Assembly (NCBI GenBank): GCA_004297205.1
Contig: SCUL01000002.1
Coordinates: 594,893 to 658,892 of the forward strand
From: Patescibacteria group bacterium
Lineage (GTDB): Bacteria; Patescibacteriota; Patescibacteriia; 2-12-FULL-57-11
Reading direction: 5' to 3'
DNA: 64,000 nucleotides
The position numbers and the translations under genes were made by a program. Each line of letters opens with the position of its first letter. Positions within the stretch are counted from its first letter, which is position 1. This document shows, in pieces, positions 44,878-53,308 of this stretch. Under the pieces are notes generated by a model, which did no database searches, was not told where the DNA came from, and saw nothing but the letters and a program-made list of their open reading frames with translations.

Positions 44878-45993
44878 ATGAAACGTCTTCTCAAAGGATC
44901 CATCGTCGCGCTCGCGCTCTCCGTCGCCCTGCCGGCGTTTGCCGCCGACAATACCAAACCCGTCGTCGGCGCGCCGTCTCCGGATACCGCCGTCGTCGGC
45001 GCCGCCGTGAGCATCGCGGCCAGCGTCAACGACGCGGACTCGGGCATTGCCAACTGCAGCTTGTACATCGAATTTTTGAACGTCGGCGCCATGAACGTCT
45101 CCGGCGGCATCGCCAGCAAGACGTACGTCTTTGCCGAGCCGGGCGTGTACACCGTGTTCGTCTTCTGCAGGGACGTCGCCGGCAACTTTGCTTCCGGACC
45201 GAACACCTCGGTCCTCGTCAGCTTCGCGTCGGGAGGAGGAGGCGCCGTCCCGCTGTCCGTCGGAGCGATCGCTCCGACGTCCGCGACCGCCGGCATCTCC
45301 CTGACGTTGAGCGCGTCGGTGAGCAGTGCTCTGTTCAGCTGCACCCTCGTCGTCGAGGGGACGCAGCGGGGGGCGATGACGGTCTCCGCTGGTACGGCCA
45401 GCGTTTCGTATACCTTCGAGAACCCCGGCAGCTACGCCGTCCGCGCGCAGTGCGCCACGGTCGGCGGCACCATTGCCGACGGTCAGAGCACCGTCGTCTT
45501 GGTGGCGGCTCAGGTGGCGCCGTCCTTCGGTTCGCGCCTGATCAAGCTGGCCTGCCCGCCGAACGCCGCCGCTTTCGATTCTTGCCGCTCGGTCTATTAC
45601 CAGGGCGTCGACGGCAAACGCCACGCGTTTCCGAGCGACAAGGTGTACTTCAGCTGGTACGAGAATTTTGAGGGCATCCAGACCGTCGACGGCACCGCGC
45701 TGGCCGGGATTCCGCTGGGCACGAACGTCACCTACCGTCCGGGAGTGAAACTCGTGAAATTCGAAAGCGTCAGCAAGGTCTATGCCGTTTCCCGCGGTGG
45801 CGTCTTGCGGTGGATCACCAGCGAATCAGCCGCTCGCGAAGTGTACGGCAGCGATTGGGGCACGAAGGTCAACGACATCTCCGATGCATTCTTTGGGAAT
45901 TATTCCTTCGGTGCGGACATCACCGGGGCCAACGATTACTCGCCCGCGGCCGAGACGTCGGCCACGGCGACGATCGACGCCAACATCCGGTAA
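44878..45993 (+). CDS. Secreted protein: signal peptide + two Ig-like repeats + C-terminal ~135-aa conserved domain (paralogue A)
   Basis: Signal peptide MKRLLKGSIVALALSVALPAFAAD. C-terminal block RLIKLACP...YYQGVDGKRHAFPSDKVYFSWY...NVTYRPGVKLVKFESVSKVYAV...NYSFGADI is shared with 47987..49282 and 52346..53221. Confidence 0.7.
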   Translation: MKRLLKGSIVALALSVALPAFAADNTKPVVGAPSPDTAVVGAAVSIAASVNDADSGIANCSLYIEFLNVGAMNVSGGIASKTYVFAEPGVYTVFVFCRDVAGNFASGPNTSVLVSFASGGGGAVPLSVGAIAPTSATAGISLTLSASVSSALFSCTLVVEGTQRGAMTVSAGTASVSYTFENPGSYAVRAQCATVGGTIADGQSTVVLVAAQVAPSFGSRLIKLACPPNAAAFDSCRSVYYQGVDGKRHAFPSDKVYFSWYENFEGIQTVDGTALAGIPLGTNVTYRPGVKLVKFESVSKVYAVSRGGVLRWITSESAAREVYGSDWGTKVNDISDAFFGNYSFGADITGANDYSPAAETSATATIDANIR

Positions 45994-46021
45994 CGGGTCG
46001 GAAAAAAAGAGCCTCATCCCA

Positions 46022-46588
46022 TCATCGCAGGGCGATGAGCAGGATGAGGATCGCGGCGAGCGCGCCGGGCAGCGCGGCCACGGTGTCGTCGATCATGACG
46101 CCGAAGGCCGTGCCTTTGAAGCGCGTTTCGACCTGGCGGACCGGCCAGATCTTCGTGGTGTCGAAGATGCGGAAGACCACGAAGGCGATGAGCAGCGCGG
46201 TCACGCGGTGACCCGGCGGCGCGTCGACGAGCCAGACCGGGAGTCCGGCCAGGAACTGGCCGTGGAATTCGTCGATGTTGGTCTCGTTGAAGTCCGACGT
46301 CACCGTCTCGCCGGTGTGCCGCTTGCGGGGACCCCAGCGCGCGACCATGAAGCGTTCGGCCGGACCGACGGCCAGAACGCCGACGAGGAAGCTGCCGACC
46401 GTGATCGCCGCGGGGATGGCCCACGAGGCATCGAGCAGGGCGCACTGCAGGCCGAGCGCCACGAGCGCGCCGGCGGTGCCACCGGCCTTGCCGGGCCGGT
46501 GGGCGATCTTGCCCGGCAGGAAGCCGGAGAACAGCGTGCTGGAGACGCAGAGTGCGAGCCAGCGGAGCGTGATGTGGAGCCGATGCAT
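46022..46588 (-). CDS. pgpA: Phosphatidylglycerophosphatase A
   Basis: PgpA family pattern (GTAGALVALGL...RWGPRKRHTGE...DE.HG) with TM helices. Confidence 0.75.
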   Translation of the reverse strand: MHRLHITLRWLALCVSSTLFSGFLPGKIAHRPGKAGGTAGALVALGLQCALLDASWAIPAAITVGSFLVGVLAVGPAERFMVARWGPRKRHTGETVTSDFNETNIDEFHGQFLAGLPVWLVDAPPGHRVTALLIAFVVFRIFDTTKIWPVRQVETRFKGTAFGVMIDDTVAALPGALAAILILLIALR

Positions 46589-46662
46589 GGTTCCTCCGTG
46601 GCGCCGAATCTACTGCGTCTTCAGAGGATGGTCAATGGTTTCGGAAAAAAAGACCGCGGTCG

Positions 46663-47445
46663 TTACCGCGGAGCCGCATCGAGCAGCGCGTCCATGCGCC
46701 GCCATTCGTTCGTCAGCCACTGCGGATCGGCGGCGACCGTCGCGGCGTCGATCTGCTCCACCTCCACGAGTACCTGGTCGCGGAAGTAGTCCGCGCTCTG
46801 GAACATCGTCTTGCCGGACGATCCCTTGCGGCGGATGAGGAGCCGGAGCACCGGGTAGTCGGGAAGCGCCGTCCGCAGGGCCTCGAATCCGCCGCGCTTT
46901 GGCGGGCCGAGGTTCCGGAATCCGCCCGTGCCGAGAGGCTGCCGCGTGCCTTCCACGAAGATGAAGGGCGAGGCGCCGTCCGCTGCCGCGCGTGCCGCCC
47001 CGGCACGGATGTCGTCGAGGTCGCGCGGATCGCGGTTGCGGCGGACGTAGATGCCGCCGGAGACGGTGCACATCCAGCCGATGAGCGGGTACCCCGCGAC
47101 CGCCTGCTTCGCCACCCAGCGCAGGTTGCGGATGCCGTGGCGGCGCAGGGCGTAGAGCGCAAAGAAGACGTCGAGCGTGGAGCGGTGGTTGGCAATGACG
47201 ATCGAGGGCCGCGCGTCTCCGGCCGGCGGCGCCACGTCCACGCGCATCTCGAGCCAGCGGCAGACGAAGAGGAGGAGCGTCTCCGCCCAGGCGTTGGTCG
47301 CCTCGGCCACCGCGGTGCGCCGTGCGGCGTCGTCGGCCCGCAACCGACGGAGCCGGAGAAGTATGTCGAGGAACGCAACGCCGATCAGGAGCATGCTGCC
47401 CGTGAAGGCGACGGAGAAGCCCAGGAACTTTCGGACGTTCGCCAT
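46663..47445 (-). CDS. plsC: 1-acyl-sn-glycerol-3-phosphate acyltransferase
   Basis: HX4D motif (NHRSTLD) and FVEGTR block; N-terminal TM. Confidence 0.8.
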   Translation of the reverse strand: MANVRKFLGFSVAFTGSMLLIGVAFLDILLRLRRLRADDAARRTAVAEATNAWAETLLLFVCRWLEMRVDVAPPAGDARPSIVIANHRSTLDVFFALYALRRHGIRNLRWVAKQAVAGYPLIGWMCTVSGGIYVRRNRDPRDLDDIRAGAARAAADGASPFIFVEGTRQPLGTGGFRNLGPPKRGGFEALRTALPDYPVLRLLIRRKGSSGKTMFQSADYFRDQVLVEVEQIDAATVAADPQWLTNEWRRMDALLDAAPR

Positions 47446-47516
47446 GTCTGTCTCCCGCCCCTGAATACCAAAAGCCGCCGCTGCACGTCAATGCACGGCG
47501 GCCCCGGAGGTCGACG

Positions 47517-47687
47517 CTAGCGCTTCATCCAGCCGAACGCGATGAGCGCCGCCGCGACCAGGTTCAGGACGGCGTGTCCCGTCATCTGGTCCGCCGGCAG
47601 GCCGGCGACGAGCATGTAGACGTGCGTGGCGAGGACGATGGCCAGGCCGATGTAGTACGACCAGAGGGCGAGATTCTTGGCGTTCAT
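47517..47687 (-). CDS. Possible 56-aa small membrane protein (MNAKNLALWSYYIGLAIVLATHVYMLVAGLPADQMTGHAVLNLVAAALIAFGWMKR)
   Basis: ATG 9 nt after the glsB-like stop, two hydrophobic helices; below the track length cutoff. Confidence 0.35.
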   Translation of the reverse strand: MNAKNLALWSYYIGLAIVLATHVYMLVAGLPADQMTGHAVLNLVAAALIAFGWMKR

Positions 47688-47696
47688 GGGAAACGA

Positions 47697-47939
47697 TTAT
47701 GCCCGCTTGAAGAGCGAGACGACGAACAGCAGGAGCAGCGCGCCGATGACCGACATGACGATGTCGCCGAGCAGGCCGTAGGACGCGATACCGACGACCT
47801 GGAAGACGAAGCCGCCGACCACGGCGCCGACGATGCCAACCACGATGTTGCCGAGGACGCCGAAACCCCGGCCTTTGGCGATCATGCCGGCAATCCAGCC
47901 GGCGAGCGCGCCGATGATGAGAAACCACAGAAGGCTCAT
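47697..47939 (-). CDS. GlsB/YeaQ/YmgE-family transglycosylase-associated small membrane protein
   Basis: 80 aa; the GALAGWIAG...GxxGNIVVGIVGAVVGGF glycine-zipper pattern of the family. The 302-aa track ORF upstream is a high-GC artefact. Confidence 0.7.
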   Translation of the reverse strand: MSLLWFLIIGALAGWIAGMIAKGRGFGVLGNIVVGIVGAVVGGFVFQVVGIASYGLLGDIVMSVIGALLLLFVVSLFKRA

Positions 47940-47986
47940 ATGGTGTGGATTATGGAGTGATCTCTCCGAGTATACCCCATCTTCGC

Positions 47987-49282
47987 CTATTTTTTCTTGA
48001 AGAGAATGGCGTTCGGGACGTGCCGCCCCGGGCCGGCCTTGTATCCGTTGTCGTACCACAGTGCGGCGCTGCCGCCGCCGTCCAGGTTGAGCGCATTCGT
48101 TGCGCCGAGCTCCTGCATGACGGAGGCCAGGTCCGTGACGGTGGCCTGGTGCGCCACGACGAGGAAGAAGGAGCGGTCGTTCATGCCGATGGCGGCACGC
48201 ACGCCGCTGACCGTCGGGTTGGTTTCGCTCAACCGCTCTTCGCTCTCCACGACGATCACGCCGTCTTCGACGAGCGAGGGATAGTTGGCGAGCGCCGCCG
48301 CGAGTCGCGCCCCGTGCGCGGCCTCGAAGGCCGAGACCGAGCTGCCGAAATCGGCGGTGCGGTGGAAGAAGAAGGTGCGGCCGTCCTCCGCGGCGGCGAG
48401 CATCGGGCCTTTGTGGACGACGAGGCTCGAAGCGTTGCGCATCACCCGGGCGGCGCTGTTGAAGACCGGCGAGAGGAAGGTGTTGCTCTTGCCGGCGCAG
48501 TCCGGATATTCGGCCGGGCAGAAATAGGTGCCGTTGATGCCGACGGTTGCGCCGTTGTCCGTTGCATAGTCGGCAAGCAGGCGTACGGCGCAGCCGTTGT
48601 TGCATTCCGACGTGTCGGCCGTGTCGGTGATCATGGCGAAGCGGCTTTTTTGCAGCGTGACCACCTCAACGTCGAAGCTGCCGCGCGCCGTTGCCACCGT
48701 CCGTGAGGCGAAGGTGCTCTCCAGGGTGGCCTCGATGGTCGGCGCGGCCGCGAGTTCGGCGGCCCGGTCGTAGTCCGCCGCGGCCGTGATGTCGGCCCCG
48801 AAGCGGTAGTTCGAGAAAAGAACGTCGGCGATGTCTTTGACTTGGCTGCTCCAGCCGGATCCGAACGAGGCCGCCGCCAATGCTTCGCTCGTCATCCAGC
48901 GCAGTTCGCCGCCGCCCGCGACCGCATAGACCTTGCTGACGCTTTCGAATTTCACGAGCGTCGTGCCCGGGCGGTAGGTGACGTTGTCGCCGAGCGGGAT
49001 CGCCGCGAGCGCGGCCGCGGTCACGATTTGGATGTTCAAGAAATCCGGATACCAGCTGAAGTAGACCGTGTCGCTCGGGAAGGCATGGCGTCGTCCGTCG
49101 CCGCCGACGTAGTAGACGGATTTGCAGACATGCGTCGGACCGGCGCCGGTCGGACAGGCAAGTTTGACGCGCTGTCCCGTTGCGACGGCCGCATCCGCTC
49201 CCGTGGGAAAAAGGACGAGCGCGATCGCGACGCCGACGAGCCACAGAGGGAGGTGAACTCGGTCCATGGGCCTATGGTACAC
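47987..49282 (-). CDS. Secreted phosphodiester glycosidase-family protein with an N-terminal copy of the shared ~135-aa domain (paralogue B)
   Basis: Signal/TM, then the RVKLACP...YYVGGDGRRHAFPSDTVYFSWY...NVTYRPGTTLVKFESVSKVYAV...NYRFGADI block. C-terminal NAGPA/DUF2233-like core (GINGTYF...LNLDGGGSAALWYDNGYKAG). Confidence 0.75.
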   Translation of the reverse strand: MYHRPMDRVHLPLWLVGVAIALVLFPTGADAAVATGQRVKLACPTGAGPTHVCKSVYYVGGDGRRHAFPSDTVYFSWYPDFLNIQIVTAAALAAIPLGDNVTYRPGTTLVKFESVSKVYAVAGGGELRWMTSEALAAASFGSGWSSQVKDIADVLFSNYRFGADITAAADYDRAAELAAAPTIEATLESTFASRTVATARGSFDVEVVTLQKSRFAMITDTADTSECNNGCAVRLLADYATDNGATVGINGTYFCPAEYPDCAGKSNTFLSPVFNSAARVMRNASSLVVHKGPMLAAAEDGRTFFFHRTADFGSSVSAFEAAHGARLAAALANYPSLVEDGVIVVESEERLSETNPTVSGVRAAIGMNDRSFFLVVAHQATVTDLASVMQELGATNALNLDGGGSAALWYDNGYKAGPGRHVPNAILFKKK

Positions 49283-49319
49283 TGTTCATGATCCCCTTTC
49301 ACGCTTTCCGCGGACATCT

Positions 49320-50330
49320 ATGCGCACGCCGTTCATCAGGGAACGCGACGGATTCCAGATGCTTGTCATCGTCCTGTTTCTCGCATTTTTGGCGGCCGTG
49401 GGCGGCGGCGTTTTTCTCTCGTTGCGCACGCCGCCGGGACAAGCACCCGCCCGTTGCACGCAGGAAGCCAAGCTTTGTCCGGACGGCAGCGCCGTTGGGC
49501 GGACGGGTCCGAACTGCGCATTCGCGCCGTGTCCGCCGACGGCCACCACCACGCCGCCGGGACCGGAACCCGTGTACTGCACGCTCGAAGCGAAACAGTG
49601 CCCGGACGGGAGCTACGTCGGCCGCGTGCCTCCGAGCTGCGAGTTTGCGCCGTGTCCGCTCACGGTCAACGGCAACGTGCCCCCGGCGGCCTGCAAAAAC
49701 CAGTGCGGCAACGGGCAGTGCGAGGAGATCGTCTGCCTGGCGGTCGGCTGTCCGTGCGCCGAGACGCCCGCATCCTGTCCGCAGGACTGCGCGCAACCGC
49801 AACCGCGGGAGTGCCGCTCCTATGCGAGTTGTCAGGACGGCCAGGCTTGTCCGGCAGGGACCGAATGCAGCGGACTGCCCGCCTATGGGTGCTATCCGCC
49901 CGGCTGCCCGACGCCGATCTGCTTGGCGGCCGCGACGAACATCGCCACGCCCTCCGGTCAGGTGAACGTCCAGAAGCTGATGGTCGGCACGAAGGTCTGG
50001 TCGCTCGATGCGCAGGGGAAGAAAATCGTGAGCACCATCGTTCGTGTCGGACGGACGCCGGCGCCAAAAAACCACCGCGTCGTCCGCCTGATGCTGTCTG
50101 ACGGGCGTGAGGTCCGGGTGTCGCCCGACCACCCCACCGCGAACGGACAGCCCGTCTCGAAGCTGCAGGTCGGCGCATTCTATGACGGCGCCCGCGTGAC
50201 CTCGGCCGATCTCGTTCCCTACGGCGAAGCGGCGACCTACGATCTGCTGCCCGACAGCGCCTCAGGAGCCTACTGGGCCGACGGCATTCTTCTGGGCAGT
50301 ACGCTTTCCGCGTCCTCCATTGGCCAATAA
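49320..50330 (+). CDS. Membrane-anchored Cys-rich repeat protein with a C-terminal Hint (Hedgehog/intein-like, BIL-type) domain
   Basis: N-terminal TM. Two C..EAK.CPDGS.VGR..P.C.FAPCP repeats plus further Cys-rich segments. The C-terminus ICLAAATNIATPSG...VSPDHPT...YDLL...YWADGILLGS matches Hint blocks A and B (Cys nucleophile, TxxH). Confidence 0.65.
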   Translation: MRTPFIRERDGFQMLVIVLFLAFLAAVGGGVFLSLRTPPGQAPARCTQEAKLCPDGSAVGRTGPNCAFAPCPPTATTTPPGPEPVYCTLEAKQCPDGSYVGRVPPSCEFAPCPLTVNGNVPPAACKNQCGNGQCEEIVCLAVGCPCAETPASCPQDCAQPQPRECRSYASCQDGQACPAGTECSGLPAYGCYPPGCPTPICLAAATNIATPSGQVNVQKLMVGTKVWSLDAQGKKIVSTIVRVGRTPAPKNHRVVRLMLSDGREVRVSPDHPTANGQPVSKLQVGAFYDGARVTSADLVPYGEAATYDLLPDSASGAYWADGILLGSTLSASSIGQ

Positions 50331-50349
50331 TCACTGACCCGCTCATCTT

Positions 50350-50787
50350 ATGGACACCGCTCCGTCCGGTACGCCGGAGAGGCCGCAAACGCCGCCCATG
50401 CCGCAAGTCAGCGGCTCGCTCAAGCAGGAACAGCTGCAGACGAACCGCATCAAGCCGTTGTACCGGGGAACGCAGATCATCTGGTACGTCGTCGCCGTCA
50501 TCGAGATCCTGCTGGCATTCCGGTTCGTGCTCAAGCTGTTCGCCGCCAATCCGGAGGCTGGCTTCACGCGCTTCATCGACGGCGCCACCTGGCTGTTCGC
50601 CGGACCCTTCATGATTCTGTTCCGGGTCACGCCCGTCGTCGCCGGCAGCGTCTTTGAATGGTCGACGCTCTTTGCGATGTTCGTCTACCTCGTCGCCGGC
50701 TGGCTGATCGTTAAAGCGCTGGTCATGATGAAGCCGGTTTCGACCAAGGAGGCCGACACGAAGCTGCCGGAGCAGGAGAAGCTCTGA
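50350..50787 (+). CDS. YggT-like integral membrane protein
   Basis: IIWYVVAVIEILLAFRFVLKLF...GFTRFI pattern resembling the YggT/Ycf19 family; several TM helices. Confidence 0.45.
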   Translation: MDTAPSGTPERPQTPPMPQVSGSLKQEQLQTNRIKPLYRGTQIIWYVVAVIEILLAFRFVLKLFAANPEAGFTRFIDGATWLFAGPFMILFRVTPVVAGSVFEWSTLFAMFVYLVAGWLIVKALVMMKPVSTKEADTKLPEQEKL

Positions 50788-50792
50788 CGGCC

Positions 50793-51338
50793 ATGGCAAA
50801 GGATACGGCGACTGCGGTCTTCGGCGGCGGGTGCTTCTGGTGCACGGAAGCGATCTTCAACGAACTGCGCGGCGTCACGTCCGTCATCTCCGGTTATGCC
50901 GGAGGAAAGAAAGATGATCCCACCTACGATCAGGTGAGCATGGGGAACACCGGACACGCCGAGGTGGTGCAGGTGGCGTTTGATCCGGCTGTGATTTCCT
51001 ACGACACGCTGCTCGAGGTGTTCTTTGCGACGCACGACCCGACGACCATGAACCGCCAAGGCGGGGATGTCGGCACGCAGTACCGTTCCGTGATTTTTAC
51101 GACGAACGACGCGCAGGCCGCCGCGGCGCGTGCCTATATCGCGAAGCTCGAAGCGGGGGAGCATGCCGGGAAGAACATCGTGACTGAGATTTTACCGCTC
51201 GTTCGTTTCTCCACGGCCGAGGAATATCACCAGAAATATTTCGAGAAGAACGCCGACAGCAACCCGTACTGCTCGGTGGTCATCGTGCCGAAGCTCAAGA
51301 AGCTGCGGGAGAAGTTTGCGCCGTTGCTGAAGGGCTGA
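50793..51338 (+). CDS. msrA: Peptide methionine sulfoxide reductase MsrA
   Basis: GGGCFWCTEA active-site motif and GYAGG. Confidence 0.9.
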   Translation: MAKDTATAVFGGGCFWCTEAIFNELRGVTSVISGYAGGKKDDPTYDQVSMGNTGHAEVVQVAFDPAVISYDTLLEVFFATHDPTTMNRQGGDVGTQYRSVIFTTNDAQAAAARAYIAKLEAGEHAGKNIVTEILPLVRFSTAEEYHQKYFEKNADSNPYCSVVIVPKLKKLREKFAPLLKG

Positions 51339-51435
51339 GCGAACACCCGGGCGCCCCCCACGGGCGCCATTGACGTTCCGCGGTTTTTCGACTACGGTCT
51401 GCGCGCCACACCAACTAAGAGAAAGGGGTGGTGAC

Positions 51436-52011
51436 ATGCGGACGTTCCTTGCAATCGTCGGAGCAGCCGTCGTGATCGGAGCGATCGCGCTTCCGGCGTC
51501 GGCCCAGCCCGCGTGCTACGCGGTCCTGGACGCATCGCCCGCCAGTCTGGCGGTCGTGCCGGGCTGCGATCTTACACGCAATGGCGCATTCCGGCCGGGC
51601 GTGATCGGCGGAGTCAGCCATCCGTACAACGTCAGGCGGGGATTCGACCTCGACCTGTACGGATCCTTGTCCTGGTACGGGCCGGCGGACTGGCTCGTGA
51701 TCGCCTCCGCCGGTGCGGGCTACGCCCAGCGCGCCAGCGACTGGGCGCCCTCCGTGCGGGCCAGCCTGGCTTTCACCCGCGCGACGCCCGTGGCGCCGTT
51801 CGTGACGGCCTTCGTCATGTACACGCCGGCCTGGCACACGCAGCAGGACGACACCTTCGTCAACATCAAGGGGGGCGTCGCCGTGTTGCTGTCGAACCAC
51901 CTGCGTCTGATCGGCTATCTCGCGACCGCGTTCTCGGCGCGCGCCGGGTGGCTGACGTTCGGGACGGGGGATCACATCGCTCCGGGCGTGTCCCTCATCT
52001 GGTTCTTCTGA
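51436..52011 (+). CDS. Secreted protein with an OMP-like C-terminus (…SLIWFF), hypothetical
   Basis: Signal peptide MRTFLAIVGAAVVIGAIALPASAQ. Alternating hydrophobic pattern and terminal aromatic Phe resemble a small beta-barrel OMP. SD GGGGTGGTG. Confidence 0.45.
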   Translation: MRTFLAIVGAAVVIGAIALPASAQPACYAVLDASPASLAVVPGCDLTRNGAFRPGVIGGVSHPYNVRRGFDLDLYGSLSWYGPADWLVIASAGAGYAQRASDWAPSVRASLAFTRATPVAPFVTAFVMYTPAWHTQQDDTFVNIKGGVAVLLSNHLRLIGYLATAFSARAGWLTFGTGDHIAPGVSLIWFF

Positions 52012-52063
52012 CGAAGACCGGACGACGGCCGATCGGGTTGTCTCGCGACAGCCCGATCTTTTT

Positions 52064-52324
52064 TTGTGTAGTATGGACGGCATGTCCCGCGTCCGCTTCA
52101 TGCCCGACTGGCGCGCCGTGGCCGCCTACCTGCGCGACCCGTCTTCGGATTGGAAACCGAAAGTGTTTGCCGTCTTGGCCATCGCGTACCTGATCTGGCC
52201 GGCGGATCTTGTGCCGGACATCGTCCCGCTGTTGGGCTGGTTCGACGACATCGGTCTCGCCGGCGTGGCGACGTGGTATCTTATGCATGCGGCGGGGCGT
52301 AAGCGTCCGCCCGCGGCGCCGTAA
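52064..52324 (+). CDS. YkvA/DUF1232 family membrane protein
   Basis: DLVPDIVPLLGWFDDIGLAG motif characteristic of DUF1232. Confidence 0.7.
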   Translation: MCSMDGMSRVRFMPDWRAVAAYLRDPSSDWKPKVFAVLAIAYLIWPADLVPDIVPLLGWFDDIGLAGVATWYLMHAAGRKRPPAAP

Positions 52325-52345
52325 GAATTACCGTAACCTTTTCCT

Positions 52346-53221
52346 ATGCGCACTTCCTTTCTCGCCCGTGCGGCCGCCGCCGCTTGGGTGGTCGGTCTGC
52401 TCTTGTCCGCGCCGCCTCCGGCTCTTGCCGGCGATTGTTTTTCGGATCCGGTCTACGAGCGCAACGAGGGCGCCACGGTCACGACCGGTGCGCGCGTCCG
52501 CGACGTGGCCTGCATGGAAGGCTCGGTCGTGAAGACGACGCTCGCGGTCGGCACGCGCGTCACGATCATCGCCGAGACCGACGGCTGGTACAAGGTGCGG
52601 ACGACCGCGGGGCTGGAAGGCTGGGTCGGCCAGTGGCTGCTCTCGGTGGGCGGCGAACCGCCCGCCCTGACGGTTCCTCCGACCTCGCTTGAGGGTTCGG
52701 CAGGGCCCGCCGCCTCCCCGACGGCGACCGCACCGCCGGTCACGAATGTCCAGCCGCTGCCGACGGCCGGGCTGATCCGCGGCGTCTCGACGCGCGCCGT
52801 GTACCTCCTGCACAACGGCAAGCGTTACGCCTTCCCGACGGAACGCGTGTACCTCAGCTGGTACGCCAATTTCAACGCCGTCGTCGTGGTCTCGGACGCG
52901 GATCTGGCCACCGTGCCTTTGGCCGGCAACGTCACCTACCGCCCCGGTATCCGTCTCGTGAAGCTCCAGACCGACAACCGCGTCTTCGCCGTCGGCCGTT
53001 ACGGCGTGCTGCGCCACATCGCCAGCGAAGTGGCGGCGCGTGAACTGTACGGCGATGTTTGGGCGACGTTCGTCGACGACATCCTCGACATCAGCTTCGG
53101 CAATTACCTCGAGGGCGCAGACATCAGCTCTTCGTCAGATTTCGACCGCACCACGGAAAGTGAGATCAATGAACCGGCGGAAAACATCCGACCGGAGGGC
53201 TTCGACGACACCTCGATGTAA
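52346..53221 (+). CDS. Secreted SH3b-domain protein with a C-terminal copy of the shared ~135-aa domain (paralogue C)
   Basis: Signal peptide. SH3_3-like GATVTTGARVRDVACMEGSVVKTTLAVGTRVTIIAETDGWYKVRTTAGLEGWVGQWLL. C-terminal AVYLLHNGKRYAFPTERVYLSWY...NVTYRPGIRLVKL...FGNYLEGADI. Confidence 0.7.
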   Translation: MRTSFLARAAAAAWVVGLLLSAPPPALAGDCFSDPVYERNEGATVTTGARVRDVACMEGSVVKTTLAVGTRVTIIAETDGWYKVRTTAGLEGWVGQWLLSVGGEPPALTVPPTSLEGSAGPAASPTATAPPVTNVQPLPTAGLIRGVSTRAVYLLHNGKRYAFPTERVYLSWYANFNAVVVVSDADLATVPLAGNVTYRPGIRLVKLQTDNRVFAVGRYGVLRHIASEVAARELYGDVWATFVDDILDISFGNYLEGADISSSSDFDRTTESEINEPAENIRPEGFDDTSM

Positions 53222-53308
53222 CGAGGTTGCGGGAACGAACACAGCCGCCGACGCTTGACGCGCCGGCGGCTTTTTGTTAATCCCTACGATTACGAGAGGG
53301 GTCAACAG

